Below, piece by piece: positions 34,946 through 44,254 of a stretch of DNA of 64,000 nucleotides. A model generated the notes under the pieces. The model saw only the letters and a program-made list of their open reading frames with translations. It had not been told where the DNA came from and searched no databases. The position numbers and the translations under genes are program-made. The stretch's first letter is position 1; each line of letters starts with the position of its first letter. Origin of the DNA: Octopus bimaculoides (lineage: Eukaryota); contig NC_069004.1 of the NCBI RefSeq assembly GCF_001194135.2, positions 2,773,560 to 2,837,559 on the forward strand. Reading direction: 5' to 3'.

Positions 34946-36738
34946 CAATGTTAAATCTCTGAACGAGGTATTAACAGTAACTGCACGATAAAGTGAAGTA
35001 TATTTGTCACTTAAATGTGGCTGACCCCTATATATATATATAGGCAAGTTCATTGCACACTTTTTATTGACTCTACTATGTAAACACACACACACTGGGC
35101 TTCTTTCAGTTTCTATCTACCAAATCCATTACCAAGGCTTTAGTCGGCACACGTACACAGCAGAAGGCACTTGTTCAACGTGCTGAGCTGTGAAACAGGA
35201 TGCAAAACCACATGGTGGAGGAACAAACTTCTTAACCACCCCCTATTCATGCACTGCACCTATACGGGGTGGCAGGGTGGAAATGAAGGAACTCTAGGCA
35301 TGCTGATTACAAATGCCAACTGTATGGCTGGGAGACTGTTAGCTCAGGGGAGCCGTCTGCATACTGAATACACATATGGTCAGGGTCTCTAATATGTAAT
35401 AGAGTGAGATGAAACACTTTGATCGAATATGATTACTCAAGTAATTAGCAGGCAAGAAACTCCTTAATTAAGGTTGATTTTTAAAAAAATAATAAACGAA
35501 CAAGTGCAGGAATGGCTGTATGGTAAGAACCACATGGCTCTGGGTTCAGTCCCACTGTGTAGGACCTTGGGTAAGTGTCTTCTACTATAGACTCGGGCCA
35601 ACCAAAGCCTCGTGAGTGGATTTGGTAGCCAGAAACTGAAACAAGCCTGTCATACATATGCATTTGTATGTGTGTGTGTGTGTGTGTATGTCATTGTCCT
35701 CCACCATTGCTTGACAACCGATGGTGTGTTTATGTCCCTGTAACTTAGCAGTTCAGCAAAAGAAACCAACAGAATAAGTACTAGGCTTATAAAGAATAAG
35801 TCCCAGGGTCGAGGTGTTTAACTGAAAAAACCCTCCAAGGTGGTGCCCCAGCATGGCCACAGTCAAATGATTGAAACAAGTAAAAGAATAAAAGAACAGG
35901 TGTGGCCGTGTGGTTAAAAAGCACAACGGAGTGGGGGTGTCGATCAGTTCGACTAAATCCTTCACAGAAGTACTCCAGCATGGCTGCAGTCTAATGACAA
36001 AACGATTAAACATGGGAGACAATCCCAGTAAGATCAGTCGAGTGAAACCTTCAGACAGACATAGTATGGGCGTTAATCTGGTCTACAAAATCCAGCTGAT
36101 GAAATTAACTGAGAACACACGTTTCGATTTGAACAAGCGATATTAATTCTACTGAGGTGGCAAAGCAAGACCAGTTGTTTGTTCACAGAATAAAGTTCAC
36201 TTCGCTGGGACGTGAACTCGGAAACTCAGAACGTTAACGAGATCGCAATTAAATAGCGAAAAGCTTTTAATCGGACACGTGAGTGAGTCAGCCAAACGGC
36301 CCGGTTAGGGTTACAGGGTGATGGTGCGGTCACTCCAAATCCGAGAAATAGCAGCCAAGTTACTTCGAATCACACTCGTCATCCTTGTAAAATAAAGACT
36401 CTTTGGAAAAATACAATCCTGTACGTGTGTATAAATATGAGATGGTCACGCCTGAAACGCCAGATCTGGGACTCAATGATAATAATAAGTACAACCACTT
36501 CGGTACTTGACTGGTGTTCATTTTATCGTGCCCCGTCGTCTTTCGCTTGAAGGCTCGAAAATCAAAGTCGACCTGAAAAATCTTATCGTGCACCATTTCA
36601 AGAGAATATTAAAACATTAAATAAAATAGAATAAATAAGAGTATTATTGTAACATACCTGGTCTATGGGTAAACCGAAGAAATCTGAAAGTGGTGTCAGC
36701 AAACGAGACCCCATACAAAATTCGCCTGTGTATACCAT
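12383..36738 (-). CDS. MBOAT2: MBOAT1/2-like lysophospholipid acyltransferase (oysgedart-like), whole gene span; 12 coding exons, 506 aa
   Basis: Exons 81+146+171+111+130+48+91+102+104+198+149+190 = 1521 nt join in frame through GT-AG introns. Motifs GLPIDQ/INFIVCQL, GYTMDITGPLMISSQK, REKYYFAW, DNWN, SALWHGFYPGYY match the MBOAT1/2 family. MBOAT1 vs MBOAT2 cannot be resolved; likely co-ortholog. Confidence 0.95.
12806..12954 (-). CDS. MBOAT2: MBOAT-like coding exon 11 (VRRNIRPLFIKANLHPLYNVITTIFARVTNSYGALPFVYLEFMPGIKVY)
   Basis: CAG acceptor, GTAAGT donor, 149 nt, phase 0 to 2; R..IRP.F and Y...PFV.L motifs. Confidence 0.93.
13449..13646 (-). CDS. MBOAT2: MBOAT-like coding exon 10 with catalytic Asn and His (DNWNKTSTIWLR...SALWHGFYPGYY)
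   Basis: CAG acceptor, GTAAGT donor, 198 nt, phase 0 to 0. Confidence 0.96.
14226..14329 (-). CDS. MBOAT2: MBOAT-like coding exon 9 (EAVNNSAGLGFNGFNEKGEAKWDLLENVNIYGVE)
   Basis: CAG acceptor, GTATGT donor, 104 nt, phase 1 to 0; NN.AG.GF.G...WDL motif. Confidence 0.95.
15854..16066. mobile_element. pogo/Tigger-like MITE
   Basis: TA-CAGTAACCCCTCGC ... GGGGATTACTG-TA termini; a second copy starts at ~15083 and runs into the gap. Confidence 0.75.
16319..16420 (-). CDS. MBOAT2: MBOAT-like coding exon 8 (EPEFMENTSFLWKLLYMTITVSFVREKYYFAWVL)
   Basis: CAG acceptor, GTAAGT donor, 102 nt, phase 1 to 1; R.KYYFAW motif. Missed by the ORF track. Confidence 0.94.
16519..16646. mobile_element. piggyBac-type MITE (family B), truncated
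   Basis: TTAA-CCCTTTCATTACTG start; body matches the 18370 copy. Confidence 0.75.
16757..16847 (-). CDS. MBOAT2: MBOAT-like coding exon 7 (VAVTKKLIGACVCAVILLTMPKIIPPQKML)
   Basis: TAG acceptor, GTATGT donor, 91 nt, phase 0 to 1. Confidence 0.9.
17680..17727 (-). CDS. MBOAT2: MBOAT-like coding exon 6, 48 nt (DGQIVQKPLENVPSPR)
   Basis: TTTTCCTGTTCCAG acceptor, GTAAGT donor, phase 0 to 0; ends in the PSP motif that precedes the next helix in the family. Confidence 0.85.
18127..18365 (-). mobile_element. tRNA-headed SINE with (AAT)n linker and hammerhead-containing 3' part
   Basis: Head TGGCTTAGTGG (A box) ... GTTTGATTCC (B box), AAT-rich spacer, then a tail containing the HHR motif. Confidence 0.65.
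18151..18198 (-). ncRNA. minimal hammerhead ribozyme motif inside a SINE
   Basis: Minus strand: AAGACAC-CTGATGA-A-GGCTG(GGGGGTATAT)CAGCC-GAAA-CGT-T-GTCTT. Core intact, GUU triplet, ACGT palindrome; stem I has one C:C mismatch. Confidence 0.65.
18370..18588. mobile_element. piggyBac-type MITE (family B)
   Basis: Ends GGTAACGAAAGGG-TTAA; body matches the 27455 copy in the opposite orientation. Confidence 0.8.
18906..19035 (-). CDS. MBOAT2: MBOAT-like coding exon 5 (RSMPSLLHFTSYMFYFHGIIIGPLAFYADYMHFING...)
   Basis: CAG acceptor, GTAAGT donor, 130 nt, phase 2 to 0; PS.L...SY.F....GP motif. Confidence 0.94.
20921..21031 (-). CDS. MBOAT2: MBOAT-like coding exon 4 (PLMISSQKLSSLAFNLYDGRYRDDKDLSKSQRQYAV)
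   Basis: CAG acceptor, GTACGT donor, 111 nt; P.MI..QK..SLA...DG family motif. Missed by the ORF track. Confidence 0.93.
21712..21882 (-). CDS. MBOAT2: MBOAT-like coding exon 3 (YQVWHIVAQSAVTY...YDYGGYTMDITG)
   Basis: CAG acceptor, GTAAGT donor, 171 nt, phase 2 to 2. Confidence 0.95.
22218..22363 (-). CDS. MBOAT2: MBOAT-like coding exon 2 (INFIVCQLVALLLGIPFRRVLSPRKTSTTVRHLVEVLVGVALTVFCFG)
   Basis: Polypyrimidine-CAG acceptor, GTAAGC donor, 146 nt, phase 0 to 2. Confidence 0.95.
22452..23374. mobile_element. nested TE pile: piggyBac-like MITE A / RTE fragment / MITE B split by an unknown 368-bp insert
   Basis: MITE A ends (CTCTTTAGCATT...GAATGCTGAGGGG-TTAA); RTE C-terminus GLMEAMT..DLGHYAVLEK at ~22650-22745; MITE B halves at 22750-22831 and 23200-23310. 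Confidence 0.6.
23608..23970 (+). mobile_element. tRNA-derived CORE-like SINE, full copy (tail type 1)
   Basis: A box TGGCTGTGTGG, B box GGTTCAGTCCC, CORE-like GGCACCTTGG.CAAGTGTC, internal (TG)n, tail ending GACTGAAACAAG.AAAAGA. Over 20 related copies or fragments in the window. Confidence 0.85.
24801..24990 (-). mobile_element. mariner 3'-end remnant/MITE (second mariner family)
   Basis: Minus strand encodes GLQKLKDHCNKCVNLRGEYVE*, then a TIR-like end. A near-identical copy is at 34646-34782 and an internally deleted copy at ~24680-24770. Confidence 0.75.
25010..25338 (+). mobile_element. RTE LINE 3'UTR fragment with (GAT)n tail
   Basis: Matches the 41607 element UTR; other copies at ~6990, 14395, 26200, 29130, 33580, 57140 and 60630. 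Confidence 0.75.
27455..27683. mobile_element. piggyBac-type MITE (family B), full copy
   Basis: TTAA-CCCTTTCATTAC ... GTAACAAAAGGG-TCAA; internal sequence shared with copies at 16519, 18370, 22750-23310 and 27385. Confidence 0.8.
29999..30035 (-). ncRNA. minimal type I hammerhead ribozyme motif (Penelope-like architecture)
   Basis: Minus strand: TGTTT-CTGATGA-A-GAGC(TTT)GCTC-GAAA-CGT-A-AAACA. Stem I 5 bp, stem II 4 bp, complete catalytic core, GUA cleavage triplet, palindromic ACGT in place of stem III. Confidence 0.75.
30489..30693. mobile_element. hAT (Charlie-type) MITE with perfect 8-bp TSD
   Basis: TIRs CAGTGTTTCTCAACC / GGTTGAGAAATGCTG; GTCTATAC duplicated at 30481-30488 and 30694-30701. 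Confidence 0.9.
31350..31897 (+). mobile_element. 5'-truncated mariner element: transposase C-terminal half plus right TIR
   Basis: QQDNAKPH...HPAYSPGVAPSDYGLF...WQKVMENDGVYFEE*; ends ...CCTTTCAACCCAG-TA; in-frame stops. Confidence 0.88.
33580..33830 (-). mobile_element. RTE LINE 3' end fragment
   Basis: RDLW*YTVLEKT remnant followed by the same 3'UTR and (GAT)n tail. Confidence 0.7.
34646..34782 (-). mobile_element. mariner 3'-end remnant (same family as 24801)
   Basis: TA-GAGGGGGTTCTGGAAAGTTCC TIR-like end; QGLEKLKDCCNKCVNLRGEYVE* on the minus strand. Confidence 0.75.
35502..35897 (+). mobile_element. CORE-like SINE, full copy (tail type 1)
   Basis: Same modules as the 23608 copy. Confidence 0.85.
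36658..36738 (-). CDS. MBOAT2: MBOAT-like coding exon 1 (MVYTGEFCMGSRLLTPLSDFFGLPIDQ)
   Basis: ATG at 36738, ends CAG|GTATGT, phase 0; GS.LL.PLS...LPIDQ matches the MBOAT1/2 N-terminus. Confidence 0.9.
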
Positions 36739-37646
36739 GTTTGGTTCGTTCGGCCGCTTAGAGTGAGTTTATTACAGACAGAGAAGACGAGACGAGAGAG
36801 AGAGAGAGAGAGATTGAGACAGAGATAGATAGAGAGAGAGAGGGGAAAAAAAGAAAGAAGGGGAGGGTGAACAAGTGAACGTTTGTGTGTGTGAAATGAA
36901 GAAGAAAAGAAAGATTGAATCCGATCAGTCTTGTTCCTTTTGGGAAGGTTATTTGTAGTTACTTTTCACTTCAAAAGAAGAAAAAGATTTTCAAGTGAAA
37001 GATAGTCCCATATATAAAGTATATAGTTGGTANNNNNNNNNNNNNNNNNNNNNNNNNNNNNNNNNNNNNNNNNNNNNNNNNNNNNNNNNNNNNNNNNNNN
37101 NNNNNNNNNNNNNNNNNNNNNNNNNNNNNNNNNNNNNNNNNNNNNNNNNNNNNNNNNNNNNNNNNNNNNNNNNNNNNNNNNNNNNNNNNNNNNNNNNNNN
37201 NNNNNNNNNNNNNNNNNNNNNNNNNNNNNNNNNNNNNNNNNNNNNNNNNNNNNNNNNNNNNNNNNNNNNNNNNNNNNNNNNNNNNNNNNNNNNNNNNNNN
37301 NNNNNNNNNNNNNNNNNNNNNNNNNNNNNNNNNNNNNNNNNNNNNNNNNNNNNNNNNNNNNNNNNNNNNNNNNNNNNNNNNNNNNNNNNNNNNNNNNNNN
37401 NNNNNNNNNNNNNNNNNNNNNNNNNNNNNNNNNNNNNNNNNNNNNNNNNNNNNNNNNNNNNNNNNNNNNNNNNNNNNNNNNNNNNNNNNNNNNNNNNNNN
37501 NNNNNNNNNNNNNNNNNNNNNNNNNNNNNNNNNNNNNNNNNNNNNNNNNNNNNNNNNNNNNNNNNNNNNNNNNNNNNNNNNNNNNNNNNNNNNNNNNNNN
37601 NNNNNNNNNNNNNNNNNNNNNNNNNNNNNNNNNNNNNNNNNNNNNN

Positions 37647-37699
<53 letters not shown>

Positions 37700-38068
37700 G
37701 TAATGTGTGTGTGTGTAAAAGTTTGTATGTATATACCTCGGCTCTACATACGAAGGTGACAGTATAAAAGCATTTTTACTAGATTATATTCCGATGTACA
37801 TCGGTGGGGTTTTTCCTATTTTCATACCCCAATTACCGTTTATATTTATACAATTACAAACACACACACACCCAGAAAGAGCACTCCTTTTAGAAAAAGC
37901 GCGCCTCTACTTGTCTATATATATTTACATCCGTAACATATGGGCAAGTATGTATATCTTTATTATATACTTGTGTGTGTATGCGCAATATTTTGCAGCA
38001 ATTCAAATTATATATTTTAAGATTAGAGTAAGTCTAAATTTAAATAATAATTTGTGTATATATATATA

Positions 38069-38100
<32 letters not shown>

Positions 38101-38977
38101 CTAAAGAACAGATTTTCAAAAAGAAGTAGACGGATGTGCGTGTAAATATATATTATATATTACTATAAATAAGTTTTTGGCAACGCGAGCCTAAACACTC
38201 CACATCACTATTATTTTTATTATCATTATTATTATTATTAGCAGTAGTAGTAACAAAAACAGCCGTTCTCTTAAATATTATTACTGTTATTATACGAGTT
38301 GGCTCAGATTAAATTCAAACAAATTAGTCTTGGCAAACACATACTACGAATATAGATTGATGGATGTGAAGAGGCATTCCTTAATTCTTTACAGTAGAGA
38401 GAGAGAGAACACCACAACCTGCAATGGTACAATGAAGAATAGGAAATAGTCTTAGAATTGCTCAAAGAAATGCAATCGAAAAAATGGTCATTGGAATTGT
38501 AAACAAATCAGGACGAGAGAAAGATATGTGGGTGGGTGCCGTTGCTCTTTGAGCGATTCGAGACAGGACAGTGTAGAGTTGGAACTGTCGCTCACGGTTC
38601 TTGAGAGGAATGGTAAACGAGACAGGTCCCAAAGAAAAAAAAAACATGGAATGAATGTATAAATATTATTACTACATTAAAAAACCACTACTTGCTGAAG
38701 ATCATACCACCGCCTATACAGTGCCTTATACGTGCGAAACCAGTGGTCACTCTCTGACCGGCCTGAACAAACCAACCTTTTAAATATTACTAATCTATGC
38801 TACTCATTCGGACATATGAACTACTGACCGATATATATATATATAAAGTGATCCTTAGGGGTCGTGTAAAAACCTTTTCTCTTGTCACCTTTAACTCGTT
38901 TTAAGCCAATGTTATTCAAAATAGAACCGAGATATACTAATTGTGTGTGAGTGTGTATGGAGAGAGGGAGAGATATG

Positions 38978-39034
<57 letters not shown>

Positions 39035-39173
39035 ATATATATAGAGAAAGAGTGATAGTCTATGTGTGAATATTTCAGTAGGACCTTTAAAGTTGCACGT
39101 GCGTTGCTTGTGTTTAGGTTGTTTTCTTTTAAATTCCAGTTGATTGTAATCTATGTTAAATACTATCTGCAAA

Positions 39174-39206
<33 letters not shown>

Positions 39207-41163
39207 ACTATCTACACAAATGTAAATAAATATATTCGTTTGAACATTATACACTCCGTTGCTTCTCCGATTTTCTCGTTTTGTGCGTTCGTCTACTCAA
39301 TATCATATATATTTATATATCTATATATATACATATATATATTTATACACTTACACACACACACTGGGAATGTCCCACAACGATGATCGGTCTCTTCAAG
39401 TTGGTTTTTTCTCTTAACCTTTCACTTCTCTTTTGTTTATATTATACGTTCGTATGCACTCATTTGTTTTTTCTTTTCAACAAACTGAATATTAAATATT
39501 TGGAAAAGTTTTATCGTGTCAGGATGCCTTTCTGTTTTCCTTCAATGCAGATGTAACCATTGACTTTAATAAAGTCCTTGTTCTTAAAAAAAATTGCTAT
39601 ATTACTTTCTCTTTTTCAAGTTTATAAATATTGTTTTGATGTGTTTATCTTTCGTTTTGCTGTTTTCTTTTTAAACAACTGCAATTAATTCACCTTCGAT
39701 ATTGTAGTTAATGTGTCAGTATATTAATTATCATTAACAACATTAATTATAACTGTTGTTATTAATCATAACCTTCATTTCATAAAATNNNNNNNNNNNN
39801 NNNNNNNNNNNNNNNNNNNNNNNNNNNNNNNNNNNNNNNNNNNNNNNNNNNNNNNNNNNNNNNNNNNNNNNNNNNNNNNNNNNNNNNNNNNNNNNNNNNN
39901 NNNNNNNNNNNNNNNNNNNNNNNNNNNNNNNNNNNNNNNNNNNNNNNNNNNNNNNNNNNNNNNNNNNNNNNNNNNNNNNNNNNNNNNNNNNNNNNNNNNN
40001 NNNNNNNNNNNNNNNNNNNNNNNNNNNNNNNNNNNNNNNNNNNNNNNNNNNNNNNNNNNNNNNNNNNNNNNNNNNNNNNNNNNNNNNNNNNNNNNNNNNN
40101 NNNNNNNNNNNNNNNNNNNNNNNNNNNNNNNNNNNNNNNNNNNNNNNNNNNNNNNNNNNNNNNNNNNNNNNNCTTATGTTATTAATGTCATACAGCTGGT
40201 AAAAGATATGTCATGTAGGATATAAGCTTTATGTAAGCTTCATGACTTTGACAAAAATCACGACAAATGAAATAATAAATAAAATGAACTTCATCCGGGG
40301 GTAAGTAATCTTACCCCCAAAAAAGAGATAAAAATAAAACCCAGTCCGGTAGCAACAGCTTCATAAATATTTCAAGAGTTCGAAAATAGGTCCTGAGCCT
40401 GTTTAATCGTTAATTAATTCGTCGTGTGTTGGGGGTTATTTAATGCAAACAAAACTGTTGTGGAAATGCGGCTGATATGAGTTGAGGAGCGAGCACCTTT
40501 AATCATGTCAGCATCTTCGTTAAAATTCTCCCTCTGCCCGCAAGCAACCTTCAAGAGGATTTGTTTATATTTACACACGCCACAAACAAACCCTTGAAAG
40601 TGCTTGCTTCCTCAATCACGTGTAGCCATAAAGTAAGGTCAAGCCTAAAACCATCGATGGTAAAGAGAAGACAAATCTGTCCATATCACATCGTAAAGGC
40701 CATCTTCTTTATCACTGTCCTTCCTTTCATCACCATCATTATTATTATTATTATTATTAGAGATTAAAAATGTCTTTCTTCCTTCGTTTGTTTTGATTGA
40801 TCATCTGCTTCTTTTTTCTCTTTCTTCTTTTCTTCGTCTTCTTCTCTGTGTGTCATTCAATCTCTAATAAATCCTTCCATCCTCAAATCTTCTCTTTCGG
40901 TCAAGTAGTCCAACATTCCGCCGCGGTATCTTTCCTCCAGAGCTGGGCTGGGAGGAAACAGAGAAACGGGAGGGGGAAAATTCCTCTTCTTCTCTGTTCG
41001 GGTCACTTTGCTTTTTCCCTTCTTTCGTTACGCTTTCTCTTTCTCTCTCATTTCAGATTTGTTCAGAGTTCTCTTATCCTGATTAGAACTCTTCCGGTGT
41101 AGAAAACGCATTATCGCCCTTGTACATTTGTTCCATCAAGATCACTCTTTTGTACAAAGTCGT

Positions 41164-41373
41164 TTAACCCTTTGCCTGTCAAAGCATTTTGATGAGTTTG
41201 TCCTAAATGTCCATTCTTGTTTTCAGACTTTAAGTTAGCCCTTGTTTTACACGATCTGAATAATACAAAGCTTTGCTTTCGTAGATCCCAAGTTACTGTG
41301 GTGGTTGAAAAATATTGAGATGAAGCATGGACGCCAGAGAAATATGTCCTCTGTATAACATGTAATGGGTTAA
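41164..41373. mobile_element. piggyBac-like MITE (different family)
   Basis: TTAA-CCCTTTGCCTG ... CATGTAATGGG-TTAA. Confidence 0.45.
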
Positions 41374-41606
41374 ATTATATATATATATGTGTGTGTGTGT
41401 GTCTATCTTAACCAAGAACAGAATGCTAACCATTTTCTTAAGAACCCTTCGTTAAAGAGAAGATGAAATGTTAATTGAGTTTTGAAATAGCTATCACTAC
41501 CCCATTGGAAAGAATTGGAAGGCAAAAAGGTAAAAAAAAAAAATTTAATTTTGGTAGACAAAGACAGACATAGACACACACGTACACACAAACACACACA
41601 TAAATA

Positions 41607-42030
41607 TTCACCATCATCATCATCTAGCATCTGTTGTCCATGCTGGCATGGGCTGGACAGTTTGACCAGGGCTGGTAAGCTGGAGAGCTGCACCAGGTTC
41701 CAGTCTGATTTGGCCTGGTGTCTATGGCTGGAAGGCCCTTCCTATCACCATCCACTCTACAGAGTTTGCTGGGTGCTTTTGCATGGTACTGCACAAGCTT
41801 TTTTATGTGGTGCCACACGAGCACTTCCACGTGACGCTGCCACGAGTGCTGTTCACAACCAGTGGGACCAGTCTTATCACCTCTGCTGTGGAGTATGGCT
41901 CTTCTTGAGTACAGCAAAGCACCGGGTCTCTCGGACCTTCGTCACCTTGCCCAAAAGGTTCAGTGTCTTGGGGTCATCCTTCACTCCTTTGTCCCATGTC
42001 CTCCTGGGACTCCCACTTCCACATGTTCCA
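41607..42030 (-). mobile_element. RTE LINE 3' end (ORF2 C-terminus + 3'UTR + (GAT)n tail)
   Basis: GTCGSGSPRRTWDKGVKDD.KTL.L...V.KVRE..CFAVLKK* resembles the RTE GRP..TW...VK.D C-terminus; followed by the ggaagggc..ccagc..taga UTR and GAT repeats. Confidence 0.75.
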
Positions 42031-44019
42031 GTCAGAGAGCGTAAGTACCAAAACCTTTCAATGCTGTGCCACAGCATGGCCACAACTCAATGACTGAAAC
42101 AAGTAAGAAAAAAATCCCCTAAAGATGCATTTAAAAATGCAATCTTGGATATATAAAGTCTGAATAAAAGATAATAGTCATAACTAGAATGCCTATGGTT
42201 AAAGGTTTGCTAAACGATGTCCTGACTTGGAGCTAAATAAAATGGCCCTACTTCTTTCTGATTGCCGCCAAGTGCTGGATTAACCATTAAGCGAAATAAG
42301 CAGAACTTTGCTTCCCAACCACATGGTTCTGGGTTCAGTCCCACTGAGTGGCACTTTGGGCAGGTGTCTTCTGCTGTAGCCTTGGGCTGACCAAAGCCTT
42401 GTGAGTGGATTTGGTAGACAGAAGACTGGAAGGAGCCCATTATATATATATATATATATATATAATATAATATTATATTATATAGATATATATACGTATA
42501 CATTTGTGTGTGTGTGTATGTCTGTGTTTGTCCCCCCTCCATCGCTTGACTACTGATGTTGGTGTATTTACATCCCTGTAACTAAGTGGCTTGAAAGAGA
42601 ATGAGGTGACTAAGAAATAAACAATTATCTTTTGAACTTCATTGGCTTACAGCTGTTTCAGCTCTATGCTTGTCTAGCACTTAGTTCTGGAGCATATGTG
42701 TATTGAGTAGTAGTACACCACGTTATTAGTCTCGCAATGCCTAAGCAATACACACACACAATATACACAATAAGCTTCCACACAATTTCTGTCTCCCTGA
42801 TTCATTCCAAAGACATTCGTTGGCTTGGGGTTATAGATGAAACTTGCCCAAGGTACCACACAGTGGGACTGATCTCCAAACCACGTGTTCGCAAAGCAGG
42901 CTTTTTAACCACACACCCAAGCCTGTCTTAGTATTTTCTTTTATTTTTGTTTTTGCCTTCTTTCGTTTTATGATCACAAAGTGAAAGTGGAAGAATTATT
43001 TTCAATAAAAACTGATTAGTTTGAACAAAAATGAAAAAAAAATTTTTTTTTCAGAATCTACCCCAATTCTATCCCGATTGAAACAAACAAAATATTGAAA
43101 AAGTTAAAATCAAAAAATATTTATTTATTCATCTATTTGGTAAAATTTANNNNNNNNNNNNNNNNNNNNNNNNNNNNNNNNNNNNNNNNNNNNNNNNNNN
43201 NNNNNNNNNNNNNNNNNNNNNNNNNNNNNNNNNNNNNNNNNNNNNNNNNNNNNNNNNNNNNNNNNNNNNNNNNNNNNNNNNNNNNNNNNNNNNNNNNNNN
43301 NNNNNNNNNNNNNNNNNNNNNNNNNNNNNNNNNNNNNNNNNNNNNNNNNNNNNNNNNNNNNNNNNNNNNNNNNNNNNNNNNNNNNNNNNNNNNNNNNNNN
43401 NNNNNNNNNNNNNNNNNNNNNNNNNNNNNNNNNNNNNNNNNNNNNNNNNNNNNNNNNNNNNNNNNNNNNNNNNNNNNNNNNNNNNNNNNNNNNNNNNNNN
43501 NNNNNNNNNNNNNNNNNNNNNNNNNNNNNNNNNNNNNNNNNNNNNNNNNNNNNNNNNNNNNNNNNNNNNNNNNNNNNNNNNNNNNNNNNNNNNNNNNNNN
43601 NNNNNNNNNNNNNNNNNNNNNNNNNNNNNNNNNNNNNNNNNNNNNNNNNNNNNNNNNNNNNNNNNNNNNNNNNNNNNNNNNNNNNNNNNNNNNNNNNNNN
43701 NNNNNNNNNNNNNNNNNNNNNNNNNNNNNNNNNNNNNNNNNNNNNNNNNNNNNNNNNNNNNNNNNNNNNNNNNNNNNNNNNNNNNNNNNNNNNNNNNNNN
43801 NNNNNNNNNNNNNNNNNNNNNNNNNNNNNNNNNNNNNNNNNNNNNNNNNNNNNNNNNNNNNNNNNNNNNNNNNNNNNNNNTCTCATTCCATCTCTCTCTT
43901 CCATTCTCCCTCCCTCCCTCTCTCTCTCTCTTTTTCCTTCCTTCCTCCCTCTGTCTCATTCCTCTTTAAATTCTACTGTAGCGTAGATGATGATGATGAC
44001 GGTGGTGGTGGTGACGTCG

Positions 44020-44236
44020 GAGTAATTGATGTCGAAGTCAGTATTGGATGGTGCCCCGCGCCGCGCGTTATTCGTTTCCTCGCTTTAAAATTCGCTGCTG
44101 CTGCTGCTTTGTTCGGCTGATGGCCAACTAAAAAAAAAAAAAAAAAATATCACCAAAAAAATACATAAAAAAAACAAAGATCTTGCCCTGACTTATAAAA
44201 AGGGGGAGCGGTTCGTATCAACAAATATTTTCCAAG
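44020..44236 (+). promoter_or_regulatory. CpG/GC-rich promoter or 5'UTR of the PHF20-like gene
   Basis: gccccgcgccgcgcg and many CpGs in an otherwise AT-rich background, directly upstream of the candidate ATG. Confidence 0.55.
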
Positions 44237-44254
44237 ATGGCTTCTAACAAAGCG
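44237..44254 (+). CDS. PHF20L1: PHF20/PHF20L1-like first coding exon (MASNKA)
   Basis: caagATGG strong Kozak context, GCG|GTAAGT perfect donor, phase 0 compatible with the 53161 exon; follows a CpG/GC-rich stretch. Confidence 0.7.

Noticed and set aside
36300-36320. GGTTAGGGTTACAGGG telomere-like motif
   Set aside because: A single TTAGGG unit within a dispersed repeat; not an interstitial telomeric array.
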